This document shows positions 44,301-60,397 of a stretch of 64,000 nucleotides of DNA, one piece after another; position 1 is the stretch's first letter, and each line of letters starts with the position of its first letter. The notes under the pieces were generated by a model, which did not search any database, was not told the origin of the DNA, and saw only the letters and a list, made by a program, of their open reading frames with translations. A program made the position numbers and the translations under genes. Origin of the DNA: Eledone cirrhosa (lineage: Eukaryota); the NCBI GenBank assembly GCA_964016885.1, contig OZ024753.1, positions 24,242,001 to 24,306,000 on the forward strand. Reading direction: 5' to 3'.

Positions 44301-47300
44301 ATGTAACAGACAGAGGACTAACACTGTATGTAACAGACAGAGGACTAACACTTTATGTAACAGACAGAGGACTAACACTGTATGTAACAGACAGAGGACT
44401 AAAACTGTATGTAATAGACAGAGGACTAACACTGAATGAAACATGCAAAGGATTAACAATGTATATAACAGACAGAGGAGTAACACTGTCTGTAACAGAC
44501 AGAGGATAAACACTGTATGTAACAGACAGAGCACTAACACTGTATGTAACAGACAGAGGATTAACACTGCATGTAACATACAGAGGACTAACACTGTATG
44601 TAACAGACAGAGGACTAACACTGTATGTAACAGACAGAGGACTAACACTGTATGTAACAGACAGAGGACTAATAATGTATGTAACAGACAGAGGACTAAC
44701 ACTGTATGTAACAGATAGAGGACTAACACTGTATGTAACAGACAGAGGACTAACACTGTATGTAACAGACAGAGGACTAACACTGTATGTAACAGACAGA
44801 GGACTAACACTGTATGTAACAGACATAGGGTTAACACTGTATGTCATAGACACAGGACTAACACTGTATGTAACAGACAGAGGAATAACACTGTATGTAA
44901 CAGACAGAGGAATAACACTGTATGTAACAAACAGAGGACTAACACTGTATGTAACAGACAGAGGACTAACACTGTATTTAATAGACAGAGGACTAACACT
45001 GTATGTAACAGACAGATGGTTAACACTGTATGCAACAGACAAAGGATTCACACTGTATGTAACAGACAGAGGATAAACACTGTATGTTTCAGACAGAGGA
45101 CTAACACTGTAGGAAACAGACAGAGGACTAACACTGTATGTAACAGAGAGAGGACTAACATTGTATGTAACAGACAAAGGAGTAACACTGTATGTAACAG
45201 ACAGAGGACTAACACTGTATGTAACAGACAGAGGACTAACACTGTATGTAACAGACAGAGGATTAACACTGTATGTAACAGACAGAGGGTTAACACTGTA
45301 TGTAACAGACAGAAGACTAACACTGTATGTAACAGACAGAGGACTAACACTTTATGTAACAGACAGAGGACTAACACTGTATGTAATAGACAGAGGACTA
45401 ACACTGTATGTAACAGACAGATGGTTAACACTGTATGCTATAGACAAAGGATTAACACTGTTTGTAACAGACAGAGGAGTAACAATGTATGTAACAGACA
45501 GAGGATAAACACTCTATGTAACAGACAGAGGACTAATATTGTATGCAACAGACAGAGGACTAACATTGTATGCAACAGACAGAGGTCTAGCACTGTATGT
45601 AACAGACAGAGGACTAACACTGTATGTAACAGACAGAGGACTAACACTGTATGTAACAGACAGAGGACTAACACTTTATGTAACAGACAGAGGACTAACA
45701 CTGTATGTAACAGACAGAGGACTAAAACTGTATGTAATAGACAGAGGACTAACACTGAATGAAACATGCAAAGGATTAACAATGTATATAACAGACAGAG
45801 GAGTAACACTGTCTGTAACAGACAGAGGATAAACACTGTATGTAACAGACAGAGCACTAACACTGTATGTAACAGACAGAGGATTAACACTGCATGTAAC
45901 ATACAGAGGACTAACACTGTATGTAACAGACAGAGGACTAACACTGTATGTAACAGACAGAGGACTAACACTGTATGTAACAGACAGAGGACTAATAATG
46001 TATGTAACAGACAGAGGACTAACACTGTATGTAACAGATAGAGGACTAACACTGTATGTAATAGACAGATGGTTAACACTGTATGCAACAGACAAAGGAT
46101 TAACACTGTATGTAACAGACAGAGGAGTAACACTGTATGTAACAGACAGAGGATAAACACTCTATGTAACAGACAGAGGACTAACATTGTATGCAACAGA
46201 CAGAGGACTAACACTGTATGCAACAGACAGAGGACTAACACTGTATGTAGCAGACAGAGGACTAACATTGTATGTAACAGACAGAGGACTAACACTGTAT
46301 GTAACAGACAGAGGACTAACACTGTATGTAACAGACAGAGTACTAACACTGTATGTATTAGACAGAGGAGTAACATTGTTTGTAACAGACAGAGGATAAA
46401 CACTGTATGTAAAATACAGAGGACTAACACTGTATGTAACAGACAGTGGACTAAAACTGTATGCAACAGACAGAGGACTAATACTGTATGTAACAGACAG
46501 AGGACTAACACTGTATGTAACAGACAGAGGACTAACACTGTATGTAGCAAACAGAGGACGAACACTGTATGTAACAGACAGATGACTAACACTGTATATA
46601 ACAGACAGAAGGCTAACACTGTATGTAACAGACAGAGGACTAACACTGTATGTAACAGACAGAGGACTAACACTGTATGTAACAGACAGAGGACTAACAC
46701 TGTATGTAATAGACAGAGGACCAACACTGTATGTAACAGACAGATGGTTAACACTGTATGCAATAGACAAAGGATTAACACTGTTTGTAACAGACAGAGG
46801 AGTAACACTGTATGTAACAGACAGAGGATAAACACTCTATGTAACAGACAGAGGACTAACATTGTATGCAACAGACAGAGGACTAACATTGTATGCAACA
46901 GACAGAGGACTAGCACTGTATGTAACAGGCAGAGGACTAACACTGTATGTAACAGACAGAGGACTAACACTGTATGTAACAGACAGAGGACTAACACTTT
47001 ATGTAACAGACAGAGGACTAACACTGTATGTAACAGACAGAGGACTAACACTGTATATAACAGACAGAGGACTAACACTGTATGTAACAGACAGAGGACT
47101 AACACTTTATGTAACAGACAGAGGACTAACACTGTATGTAACAGACAGAGGACTAACACTGTATGTAACAGACAGAGGACTAAAACTGTATGTAATAGAC
47201 AGAGGACTAACACCGTATGCAACAGACAAAGGATTAACAATGTATGTAACAGACAGAAGAGTAACAATGTATGTAACAGACAGAGAATAAACACTGTATG

Positions 47301-50300
47301 TAACAGACAGAGGACTAACACTGTATGTAACAGACAGAGGACTAACACTGTATGCAACAGACAGAGGACTAACACTGTATGTAACAGACAGAGGACTAAC
47401 ACTGTATGTAACAGACACAGGAATAACACTATATGTAACAAACAGAGGACTAACACTGTATGTAACAGACAGAGGACTAACACTGTATTTAATAGACAGA
47501 GGACTAACACTGTATGTAACAGACAGAGGACTAACACTGTATGTAACAGACAGAGGACTAACATTGTATGTAACAGACAGAGGACTAACACTCTATGCAA
47601 CAGACAGAGGACTAACAGTGTATGTAACAGACAGAGGACTTACACTGTATATAACAGACAGAAGGCTAACACTGTATGTAACAGACAAAGGACTAACACT
47701 GTATGCAACAGACAGAGGACTAACACTGTATGTAACAGACAGATGACTAACAATGTATGTAACAGACATAGGACTAACACTGTATGTAACAGATAGAGGA
47801 CTAACACTGTATGTAACAGACAGCAGACTAACACTATATGTAACAGACAGAGGACAAACACCGTGTGTAACAGACAGAGGAATAACACTGTATGTAGCAG
47901 ACAGAGGACTAACAGTGTATGTAACAGACAGAGGACTAATACTGTATGTAACAGACAGAGGACTAACACTGTATGTAACAGACAGAGGACTAACACAGTA
48001 TGTAACACACAGAGGACTAACACTGTATGTAACAGACATAGGGTTAACACTGTATGTCATAGACACAGGACTAACACTGTATGTAACAGAGGACTAACAC
48101 TGTATGTAACAGACAGAGGAATAACACTGTATGTAACAAACAGAGGACTAACACTGTATGTAACAGACAGAGGACTAACACTGTATTTAATAGACAGAGG
48201 ACTAACACTGTATGTAACAGACAGAGGACTAACACTGTATGTAACAGACAGAGGACTAACACTGTATGTAACAGGCAGAGAACTAACACTGGATGTAACA
48301 GACAGAGGACTAACACTGTATGTAACAGACAGAGGACTAACACTGTATGTAACAGACAGATGACTAACAATGTATGTAACAGACATAGGACTAACACTGT
48401 ATGTAACAGATAGAGGACTAACACTGTATGTAACAGACAGCAGACTAACACTATATGTAACAGACAGAGGACAAACACCGTGTGTAACAGACAGAGGAAT
48501 AACACTGTATGTAACAGACAGAGGACTAACACTGTATGTAACAGACAGAGGACTAACACTGTATGTAACAGACAGAGGACTAACACTGGATGTAACAGAC
48601 AGAGGACTAACACTGTATGTAACAGATAGAGGACTAACACTGTATGTAACAGGCGGGGGACTAACACTGTATGTAACAGATAGAGGACTAACACTGTATG
48701 TAACAGACAGCAGACTAACACTGTATGTAACAGACAGAGGACAAACACCATATGTAACAGACAGAGGACTAACACTGTATGTAACAGGCAGAGAACGAAC
48801 ACTGTATGTAACAGAAAGAGGACTAACACTGTATGTAACAGACAGAGGACTAACACTGTATGTAACAGACAGAGGACTAACACTGTATGTAACAGACAGC
48901 AGACTAACACTATATGGAACAGACAGAGGACAAACACCGCATGTAACAGACAGAGGACTAACATTGTATGTAACAGACAGAGGACTAACACTGTATGTAA
49001 CAGAGAGGGGACTAGCACTGTATGTAACAGACAGAGGACTAACACTGTATGTAGCAGACAGAGGACTAACACTGTATGTAACAGACAGAGGGCTAACACT
49101 GTATATAACAGACAGAAGGCTAACACTGTATGTAACAGACAGAGGACTAACACTGTATGTAACAGACAGAGGACTAACACTGTATGTAACAGACAGAGGA
49201 CTAACACCGTATGTAACAGTTAGAGGATTAACATTGTATGTAACAGGCAGAGGACTAACACTGTATGTAACAGACAGAGGACTAACACTGTATGTAACAG
49301 ACAGAGGACTAACACTGTATGTAACAGACAGAGGACTAACACTGTATGTAACAGACAGAGGACTAACACTGTATGTAACAGACAGAGGACTAACACTGTA
49401 TGTAACAGACATAGGGTTAACACTGTATGTCATAGACACAGGACTAACACTGTATGTAACAGACAGAGGAATAACACTGTATGTAACAGACAGAGGAATA
49501 ACACTGTATGTAACAAACAGAGGACTAACACTGTATGTAACAGACAGAGGACTAACACTGTATTTAATAGACAGAGGACTAACACTGTATGTAACAGACA
49601 GATGGTTAACACTGTATGCAACAGACAAAGGATTCACACTGTATGTAACAGACAGAGGATAAACACTGTATGTTTCAGACAGAGGACTAACACTGTAGGA
49701 AACAGACAGAGGACTAACACTGTATGTAACAGAGAGAGGACTAACATTGTATGTAACAGACAAAGGAGTAACACTGTATGTAACAGACAGAGGACTAACA
49801 CTGTATGTAACAGACAGAGGACTAACACTGTATGTAACAGACATAGGGTTAACACTGTATGTCATAGACACAGGACTAACACTGTATGTAACAGACAGAG
49901 GACTAACACTGTATGTAACAGACAGAGGAATAACACTATATGTAACAAACAGAGGACTAACACTGTATGTAACAGACAGAGGACTAACACTGTATTTAAT
50001 AGACAGAGGACTAACACTGTATGTAACAGACAGAGGACTAACACTGTATGTAACAGACAGAGGACTAACATTGTATGTAACAGACAGAGGACTAACACTC
50101 TATGCAACAGACAGAGGACTAACAGTGTATGTAACAGACAGAGGACTTACACTGTATATAACAGACAGAAGGCTAACACTGTATGTAACAGACAAAGGAC
50201 TAACACTGTATGCAACAGACAGAGGACTAACACTGTATGTAACAGACAGATGACTAACAATGTATGTAACAGACATAGGACTAACACTGTATGTAACAGA

Positions 50301-53300
50301 TAGAGGACTAACACTGTATGTAACAGACAGCAGACTAACACTATATGTAACAGACAGAGGACAAACACCGTGTGTAACAGACAGAGGAATAACACTGTAT
50401 GTAGCAGACAGAGGACTAACAGTGTATGTAACAGACAGAGGACTAATACTGTATGTAACAGACAGAGGACTAACACTGTATGTAACAGACAGAGGACTAA
50501 CACAGTATGTAACACACAGAGGACTAACACTGTATGTAACAGACATAGGGTTAACACTGTATGTCATAGACACAGGACTAACACTGTATGTAACAGAGGA
50601 CTAACACTGTATGTAACAGACAGAGGAATAACACTGTATGTAACAAACAGAGGACTAACACTGTATGTAACAGACAGAGGACTAACACTGTATTTAATAG
50701 ACAGAGGACTAACACTGTATGTAACAGACAGAGGACTAACACTGTATGTAACAGACAGAGGACTAACACTGTATGTAACAGGCAGAGAACTAACACTGGA
50801 TGTAACAGACAGAGGACTAACACTGTATGTAACAGACAGAGGACTAACACTGTATGTAACAGACAGATGACTAACAATGTATGTAACAGACATAGGACTA
50901 ACACTGTATGTAACAGATAGAGGACTAACACTGTATGTAACAGACAGCAGACTAACACTATATGTAACAGACAGAGGACAAACACCGTGTGTAACAGACA
51001 GAGGAATAACACTGTATGTAACAGACAGAGGACTAACACTGTATGTAACAGACAGAGGACTAACACTGTATGTAACAGACAGAGGACTAACACTGGATGT
51101 AACAGACAGAGGACTAACACTGTATGTAACAGATAGAGGACTAACACTGTATGTAACAGGCGGGGGACTAACACTGTATGTAACAGATAGAGGACTAACA
51201 CTGTATGTAACAGACAGCAGACTAACACTGTATGTAACAGACAGAGGACAAACACCATATGTAACAGACAGAGGACTAACACTGTATGTAACAGGCAGAG
51301 AACGAACACTGTATGTAACAGAAAGAGGACTAACACTGTATGTAACAGACAGAGGACTAACACTGTATGTAACAGACAGAGGACTAACACTGTATGTAAC
51401 AGACAGCAGACTAACACTATATGGAACAGACAGAGGACAAACACCGCATGTAACAGACAGAGGACTAACATTGTATGTAACAGACAGAGGACTAACACTG
51501 TATGTAACAGAGAGGGGACTAGCACTGTATGTAACAGACAGAGGACTAACACTGTATGTAGCAGACAGAGGACTAACACTGTATGTAACAGACAGAGGGC
51601 TAACACTGTATATAACAGACAGAAGGCTAACACTGTATGTAACAGACAGAGGACTAACACTGTATGTAACAGACAGAGGACTAACACTGTATGTAACAGA
51701 CAGAGGACTAACACCGTATGTAACAGTTAGAGGATTAACATTGTATGTAACAGGCAGAGGACTAACACTGTATGTAACAGACAGAGGACTAACACTGTAT
51801 GTAACAGACAGAGGACTAACACTGTATGTAACAGACAGAGGACTAACACTGTATGTAACAGACAGAGGACTAACACTGTATGTAACAGACAGAGGACTAA
51901 CACTGTATGTAACAGACATAGGGTTAACACTGTATGTCATAGACACAGGACTAACACTGTATGTAACAGACAGAGGAATAACACTGTATGTAACAGACAG
52001 AGGAATAACACTGTATGTAACAAACAGAGGACTAACACTGTATGTAACAGACAGAGGACTAACACTGTATTTAATAGACAGAGGACTAACACTGTATGTA
52101 ACAGACAGATGGTTAACACTGTATGCAACAGACAAAGGATTCACACTGTATGTAACAGACAGAGGATAAACACTGTATGTTTCAGACAGAGGACTAACAC
52201 TGTAGGAAACAGACAGAGGACTAACACTGTATGTAACAGAGAGAGGACTAACATTGTATGTAACAGACAAAGGAGTAACACTGTATGTAACAGACAGAGG
52301 ACTAACACTGTATGTAACAGACAGAGGACTAACACTGTATGTAACAGACAGAGGATTAACACTGTATGTAACAGACAGAGGGTTAACACTGTATGTAACA
52401 GACAGAAGACTAACACTGTATGTAACAGACAGAGGACTAACACTTTATGTAACAGACAGAGGACTAACACTGTATGTAATAGACAGAGGACTAACACTGT
52501 ATGTAACAGACAGATGGTTAACACTGTATGCTATAGACAAAGGATTAACACTGTTTGTAACAGACAGAGGAGTAACAATGTATGTAACAGACAGAGGATA
52601 AACACTCTATGTAACAGACAGAGGACTAATATTGTATGCAACAGACAGAGGACTAACATTGTATGCAACAGACAGAGGTCTAGCACTGTATGTAACAGAC
52701 AGAGGACTAACACTGTATGTAACAGACAGAGGACTAACACTGTATGTAACAGACAGAGGACTAACACTTTATGTAACAGACAGAGGACTAACACTGTATG
52801 TAACAGACAGAGGACTAAAACTGTATGTAATAGACAGAGGACTAACACTGAATGAAACATGCAAAGGATTAACAATGTATATAACAGACAGAGGAGTAAC
52901 ACTGTCTGTAACAGACAGAGGATAAACACTGTATGTAACAGACAGAGCACTAACACTGTATGTAACAGACAGAGGATTAACACTGCATGTAACATACAGA
53001 GGACTAACACTGTATGTAACAGACAGAGGACTAACACTGTATGTAACAGACAGAGGACTAACACTGTATGTAACAGACAGAGGACTAATAATGTATGTAA
53101 CAGACAGAGGACTAACACTGTATGTAACAGATAGAGGACTAACACTGTATGTAACAGACAGAGGACTAACACTGTATGTAACAGACAGAGGACTAACACT
53201 GTATGTAACAGACAGAGGACTAACACTGTATGTAACAGACATAGGGTTAACACTGTATGTCATAGACACAGGACTAACACTGTATGTAACAGACAGAGGA

Positions 53301-55820
53301 ATAACACTGTATGTAACAGACAGAGGAATAACACTGTATGTAACAAACAGAGGACTAACACTGTATGTAACAGACAGAGGACTAACACTGTATTTAATAG
53401 ACAGAGGACTAACACTGTATGTAACAGACAGATGGTTAACACTGTATGCAACAGACAAAGGATTCACACTGTATGTAACAGACAGAGGATAAACACTGTA
53501 TGTTTCAGACAGAGGACTAACACTGTAGGAAACAGACAGAGGACTAACACTGTATGTAACAGAGAGAGGACTAACATTGTATGTAACAGACAAAGGAGTA
53601 ACACTGTATGTAACAGACAGAGGACTAACACTGTATGTAACAGACAGAGGACTAACACTGTATGTAACAGACAGAGGATTAACACTGTATGTAACAGACA
53701 GAGGGTTAACACTGTATGTAACAGACAGAAGACTAACACTGTATGTAACAGACAGAGGACTAACACTTTATGTAACAGACAGAGGACTAACACTGTATGT
53801 AATAGACAGAGGACTAACACTGTATGTAACAGACAGATGGTTAACACTGTATGCTATAGACAAAGGATTAACACTGTTTGTAACAGACAGAGGAGTAACA
53901 ATGTATGTAACAGACAGAGGATAAACACTCTATGTAACAGACAGAGGACTAATATTGTATGCAACAGACAGAGGACTAACATTGTATGCAACAGACAGAG
54001 GTCTAGCACTGTATGTAACAGACAGAGGACTAACACTGTATGTAACAGACAGAGGACTAACACTGTATGTAACAGACAGAGGACTAACACTTTATGTAAC
54101 AGACAGAGGACTAACACTGTATGTAACAGACAGAGGACTAAAACTGTATGTAATAGACAGAGGACTAACACTGAATGAAACATGCAAAGGATTAACAATG
54201 TATATAACAGACAGAGGAGTAACACTGTCTGTAACAGACAGAGGATAAACACTGTATGTAACAGACAGAGCACTAACACTGTATGTAACAGACAGAGGAT
54301 TAACACTGCATGTAACATACAGAGGACTAACACTGTATGTAACAGACAGAGGACTAACACTGTATGTAACAGACAGAGGACTAACACTGTATGTAACAGA
54401 CAGAGGACTAATAATGTATGTAACAGACAGAGGACTAACACTGTATGTAACAGATAGAGGACTAACACTGTATGTAATAGACAGATGGTTAACACTGTAT
54501 GCAACAGACAAAGGATTAACACTGTATGTAACAGACAGAGGAGTAACACTGTATGTAACAGACAGAGGATAAACACTCTATGTAACAGACAGAGGACTAA
54601 CATTGTATGCAACAGACAGAGGACTAACACTGTATGCAACAGACAGAGGACTAACACTGTATGTAGCAGACAGAGGACTAACATTGTATGTAACAGACAG
54701 AGGACTAACACTGTATGTAACAGACAGAGGACTAACACTGTATGTAACAGACAGAGTACTAACACTGTATGTATTAGACAGAGGAGTAACATTGTTTGTA
54801 ACAGACAGAGGATAAACACTGTATGTAAAATACAGAGGACTAACACTGTATGTAACAGACAGTGGACTAAAACTGTATGCAACAGACAGAGGACTAATAC
54901 TGTATGTAACAGACAGAGGACTAACACTGTATGTAACAGACAGAGGACTAACACTGTATGTAGCAAACAGAGGACGAACACTGTATGTAACAGACAGATG
55001 ACTAACACTGTATATAACAGACAGAAGGCTAACACTGTATGTAACAGACAGAGGACTAACACTGTATGTAACAGACAGAGGACTAACACTGTATGTAACA
55101 GACAGAGGACTAACACTGTATGTAATAGACAGAGGACCAACACTGTATGTAACAGACAGATGGTTAACACTGTATGCAATAGACAAAGGATTAACACTGT
55201 TTGTAACAGACAGAGGAGTAACACTGTATGTAACAGACAGAGGATAAACACTCTATGTAACAGACAGAGGACTAACATTGTATGCAACAGACAGAGGACT
55301 AACATTGTATGCAACAGACAGAGGACTAGCACTGTATGTAACAGGCAGAGGACTAACACTGTATGTAACAGACAGAGGACTAACACTGTATGTAACAGAC
55401 AGAGGACTAACACTTTATGTAACAGACAGAGGACTAACACTGTATGTAACAGACAGAGGACTAACACTGTATATAACAGACAGAGGACTAACACTGTATG
55501 TAACAGACAGAGGACTAACACTTTATGTAACAGACAGAGGACTAACACTGTATGTAACAGACAGAGGACTAACACTGTATGTAACAGACAGAGGACTAAA
55601 ACTGTATGTAATAGACAGAGGACTAACACCGTATGCAACAGACAAAGGATTAACAATGTATGTAACAGACAGAAGAGTAACAATGTATGTAACAGACAGA
55701 GAATAAACACTGTATGTAACAGACAGAGGACTAACACTGTATGTAACAGACAGAGGACTAACACTGTATGCAACAGACAGAGGACTAACACTGTATGTAA
55801 CAGACAGAGGACTAACACCG
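41400..55820. repeat. Near-identical higher-order block with A-B-A-A-B layout (offsets 5909, 2507, 8416; internal 1323-bp duplication)
   Basis: 4-bp-deleted monomer at 42180, 48089 and 50596. Identical translations at 42461/48370/50877 and 43693/45016/52109/53432; matching starts at 46069/54485. Confidence 0.9.
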
Positions 55821-58053
55821 TATGTAACAGACAGAGGACTAACACTGTATGTAACAGACAGAGGATTAACACTGCATGTAACATACAGAGAACTAACACT
55901 GTATGTAACAGACAGAGGACTAACACTGTATGTAACAGACAGAGGACTAACACTGTATGTAACAGACAGAGGACTAATACTGTATGTAACAGACAGAGGA
56001 CTAACACTGTATGTAACAGACAGAGGACTAACACTGTATGTAACAGACAGAGGACTAACACTGTATGTAATAGACAGAAGGCTAACACTGTATGTAACAG
56101 ACAGAGGACTAACACTATATGTAACAGACAGCGGACTAACACTGTATATAACAGACAGAGGACTAACACTGTATGTAACAGACAGAGGACTAACACTGTA
56201 TGTAACAGACAGAGGGTTAACACTGTATGTAACAGACAGAGGACTAACAATGTATGCAACAGACAGAGGATTAACAATGTATGTAACAGACAGAGGACTA
56301 ACACTGTATGTAACAGACAGAGGACTAACACTGTATGTAACAGACAGAGGACTAACACTGTATGTAACAGACAGAGGACTAACACTGTAGGTAACAGACA
56401 GAGGACTAACACTGTATGTCACAGACAGAGGACTAACAGTGTATGTAACAGACAGAGGACTAACACTGTATGCAACAGACAGAGGACTAACACTGTATGT
56501 AACAGACAGAGGACTGACACTGTATGTAACAGACAGAGGACTAACACTGTATGTAACAGACAGAGGACTAACACTGTATGTAACAGACAGCGGACTAACA
56601 CTGTATGTAACAGACAGAGGACAAACACTGTATGTAACAGACAGAGGACTAACACTGTATGTAACAGACAGAGGACTAACACTGTATGTAACAGACAGAG
56701 GACTAACACTGTGTGCAACAGACAGAGGTGTAACACTGTATGTAACAGACAGAGGATAAACACTGTATGTAACAGACAGAGGCCTAACATTGTATGCAAC
56801 AGACAGAGGACTAACACTGTATCCAACAGACAGAGGACTAACACTGTATGTAACAGACAAAGGACTAACACTGTATGTAACAGACAGAGGACTAACACTG
56901 TATGTAACAGACAGAGGACTAACACTGTATGTAACAGACAGAGGACTAACACTGTATGTAATAGACAGAGGAGTAAAACTGTATGCAACAGACAGAGGAC
57001 TAACACTGTATGTAACAGACAGAGGACTAACACTGTATGTAGCAGACAGAGGACTAAGACTGTATGTAACAGACAGAGGACTAACACTGTATGTAACAGA
57101 CAGAGGACTAACACTGTATGTAACAGACAGAGGACTAACACTGTATGTATCAGACAGAGGACTAACACTGTATGTATCAGACAGAGGACTAACACTGTAT
57201 GTAATAGACAGAGGAGTAAAACTGTATGCAACAGACAGAGGACTAATACTTTATGTAACAGACAGAGGACTAACACTGTATGTAACAGACAGAGGACTAA
57301 CACTGTATGTAGCAGACAGAGGACTAAGACTGTATGTAACAGACAGAGGACTAACACTGTATGTAACAGACAGAGGACTAACACTGTATGTAATAGACAG
57401 AGGAGTAAAACTGTATGCAACAGACAGAGGACTAATACTTTATGTAACAGACAGAGGACTAACACTGTATGTAACAGACAGAGGACTAACACTTTATGTA
57501 ACAGACAGAGGACTAACACTGTATGTACAGGCAGAGGACTAACAATGTATGTTACAGACACAGGACTAAAACTGCATGTTATAGTCAGAGGACTAACACT
57601 GTATGTAACAGACAGAGGACTAACACTGTATGTAACAGACAGAGGACTAACACTGTATGTAACAGACAGAGGACTAACATTGTATGTAACAGACAGAGGA
57701 CTAACACTGTATATAACTGACAGAGGGTTAACTCTGTATGTAACAGAGTACTTAGACTGTATGTAACAGACAGAGGACTAACACTGTATGTAACAGACAG
57801 AGGACTAACTGTGTATGTAACAGACAGAGGACTAACACTGTATGTAACAGACAGAGGACTGACACTGTATGTAACAGACAGAGGACTAACACTGTATGTA
57901 ACATACAGAGGACTAACACTGTATGTAACAGACAGAGGACTAACATTGTATGTAACAGACAGAGGACTAACACTGTATATAACTGACAGAGGGTTAACTC
58001 TGTATGTAACAGAGTACTTAGACTGTATGTAACAGACAGAGGACTAATAGTGT

Positions 58054-58080
58054 TAGACCTCTGTCTGTTACATACAGTGT
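58054..58080 (-). repeat. Single inverted satellite monomer (copy 1)
   Basis: TAGACCTCTGTCTGTTACATACAGTGT is the reverse complement of ACACTGTATGTAACAGACAGAGGTCTA. Confidence 0.95.
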
Positions 58081-60370
58081 ATTTAACAGTTAGAGGACTA
58101 ACACTGTATGTAACAGACACAGGACTGACACTGTATGTAACAGACAGAGGACTAACACTGTATGTAACAGACAGCGGACTAACACTGTAGGTAACAGACA
58201 GAGGACTAACACTGTATGTCACAGACAGAGGACTAACAGTGTATGTAACAGACAGAGGACTAACACTGTATGCAACAGACAGAGGACTAACACTGTATGT
58301 AACAGACAGAGGACTGACACTGTATGTAACAGACAGAGGACTAACACTGTATATCACAGCCAGAGGACTAACAGTGTATGTAACAGACAGAGGACTAACA
58401 CTGTATGTAACAGACAGAGGACTAACACTGTATGTAACAGACAGAGGGTTAACACTGTATGTAACAGACAGAGGACTAACCCTGTATGTAACAGACAGAG
58501 GACTAACTGTGTATGTAACAGACAGAGGACTAACACTGTATGTAACAGACAGAGGACTGACACTGTATGTAACAGACAGAGGACTAACACTGTATGTAAC
58601 AGACAGAGGACTAACACTGTATGTAACAGACAGCGGACTAACACTGTATGTAACAGACAGAGGACTAACACTGTATGTAACAGACAGAGGACTAACACTG
58701 TATGTAACAGACAGAGGACTAACACTGTATGTAACAGACAGAGGACTAACACTGTATGTAACAGACAGAGGACTAACACTGTATGTAGCAGACAGAGGAC
58801 TAAGACTGTATGTAACAGACAGAGGACTAACACTGTATGTAACAGACAGAGGACTAACACTGTATGTAACAGACAGAGGACTAACACTGTATGTATCAGA
58901 CAGAGGACTAACACTGTATGTATCAGACAGAGGACTAACACTGTATGTAATAGACAGAGGAGTAAAACTGTATGCAACAGACAGAGGACTAATAGTTTAT
59001 GTAACAGACAGAGGACTAACACTGTATGTAACAGACAGAGCACTAACACTGTATGTAGCAGACAGAGGACTAAGACTGTATGTAACAGACAGAGGACTAA
59101 CACTGTATGTAACAGACAGAGGACTAACACTGTATGTAATAGACAGAGGAGTAAAACTGTATGCAACAGACAGAGGACTAATACTTTATGTAACAGACAG
59201 AGGACTAACACTGTATGTAACAGACAGAGGACTAACACTTTATGTAACAGACAGAGGACTAACACTGTATGTACAGGCAGAGGACTAACAATGTATGTTA
59301 CAGACAGAGGACTAAAACTGCATGTTATAGTCAGAGGACTAACACTGTATGTAACAGACAGAGGGTTAACACTGTATGTAACAGACAGAGGACTAACCCT
59401 GTATGTAACAGACAGAAGGCTAACACTGTATGCAACAGACAGAGGACGAACACTGTATGCAACAGACAGAGGACTAACACTGTATGTAACAGACAGAGGA
59501 CTAACACTGTATGTAACAGACAGAGGAGTAAAACTGTATGCAACAGACAGAGGACTAATACTTTATGTAACAGACAGAGGACTAACACTGTATGTAACAG
59601 ACAGAGGACTAACACTGTATGTAGCAGACAGAGGACTAAGACTGTATGCAAAAGACAAAGGATTAACACTGTATGTAACAGACAGAGGACTAACAGTGTA
59701 TGTAACAGCCAGAGGACTAACACTGTATGAAACAGACAGAGGACGAACACTGTATGCAACAGACAGAGGACTAATACTGTATGTAACAGACAGAGGACTA
59801 ACACCGTATGTAACAGACAGAGGACTAACACTGTATGTAACAGACAGAGGACTGACACTGTATGTAACAGACAGAGGACTAACACTGTATGTAACAGACA
59901 GAGGACTGACACTGTATGTCACAGACAGAGGACTAACAGTGTATGTAACAGACAGAGGACTAACACTGTATGTAACAGACAGAGGACTCATACTGTATGT
60001 AACAGACAGAGGACTAACACTGTATGTAACAGACAGAGGATTAACACTGTATGTAACAGACAGAGGACTAACATTGTATGTAACAGACAGAGGACTAACA
60101 CTGTATATAACTGACAGAGGGTTAACTCTGTATGTAACAGAGTACTTAGACTGTATGTAACAGACAGAGGACTAACACTGTATGTAACAGACAGAGGACT
60201 AACTGTGTATGTAACAGACAGAGGACTAACACTGTATGTAACAGACAGAGGACTGACACTGTATGTAACAGACAGAGGACTAACACTGTATGTAACAGAC
60301 AGAGGACTAACACTGTAGGTCACAGACAGAGGACTAACACTGTATGTCACAGACAGAGGACTAACAGTGT

Positions 60371-60397
60371 TAGACCTCTGTCTGTTACATACAGTGT
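60371..60397 (-). repeat. Single inverted satellite monomer (copy 2)
   Basis: Same 27-mer as 58054-58080, followed by the same variant ATTTAACAGTTAGAG. Confidence 0.95.
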
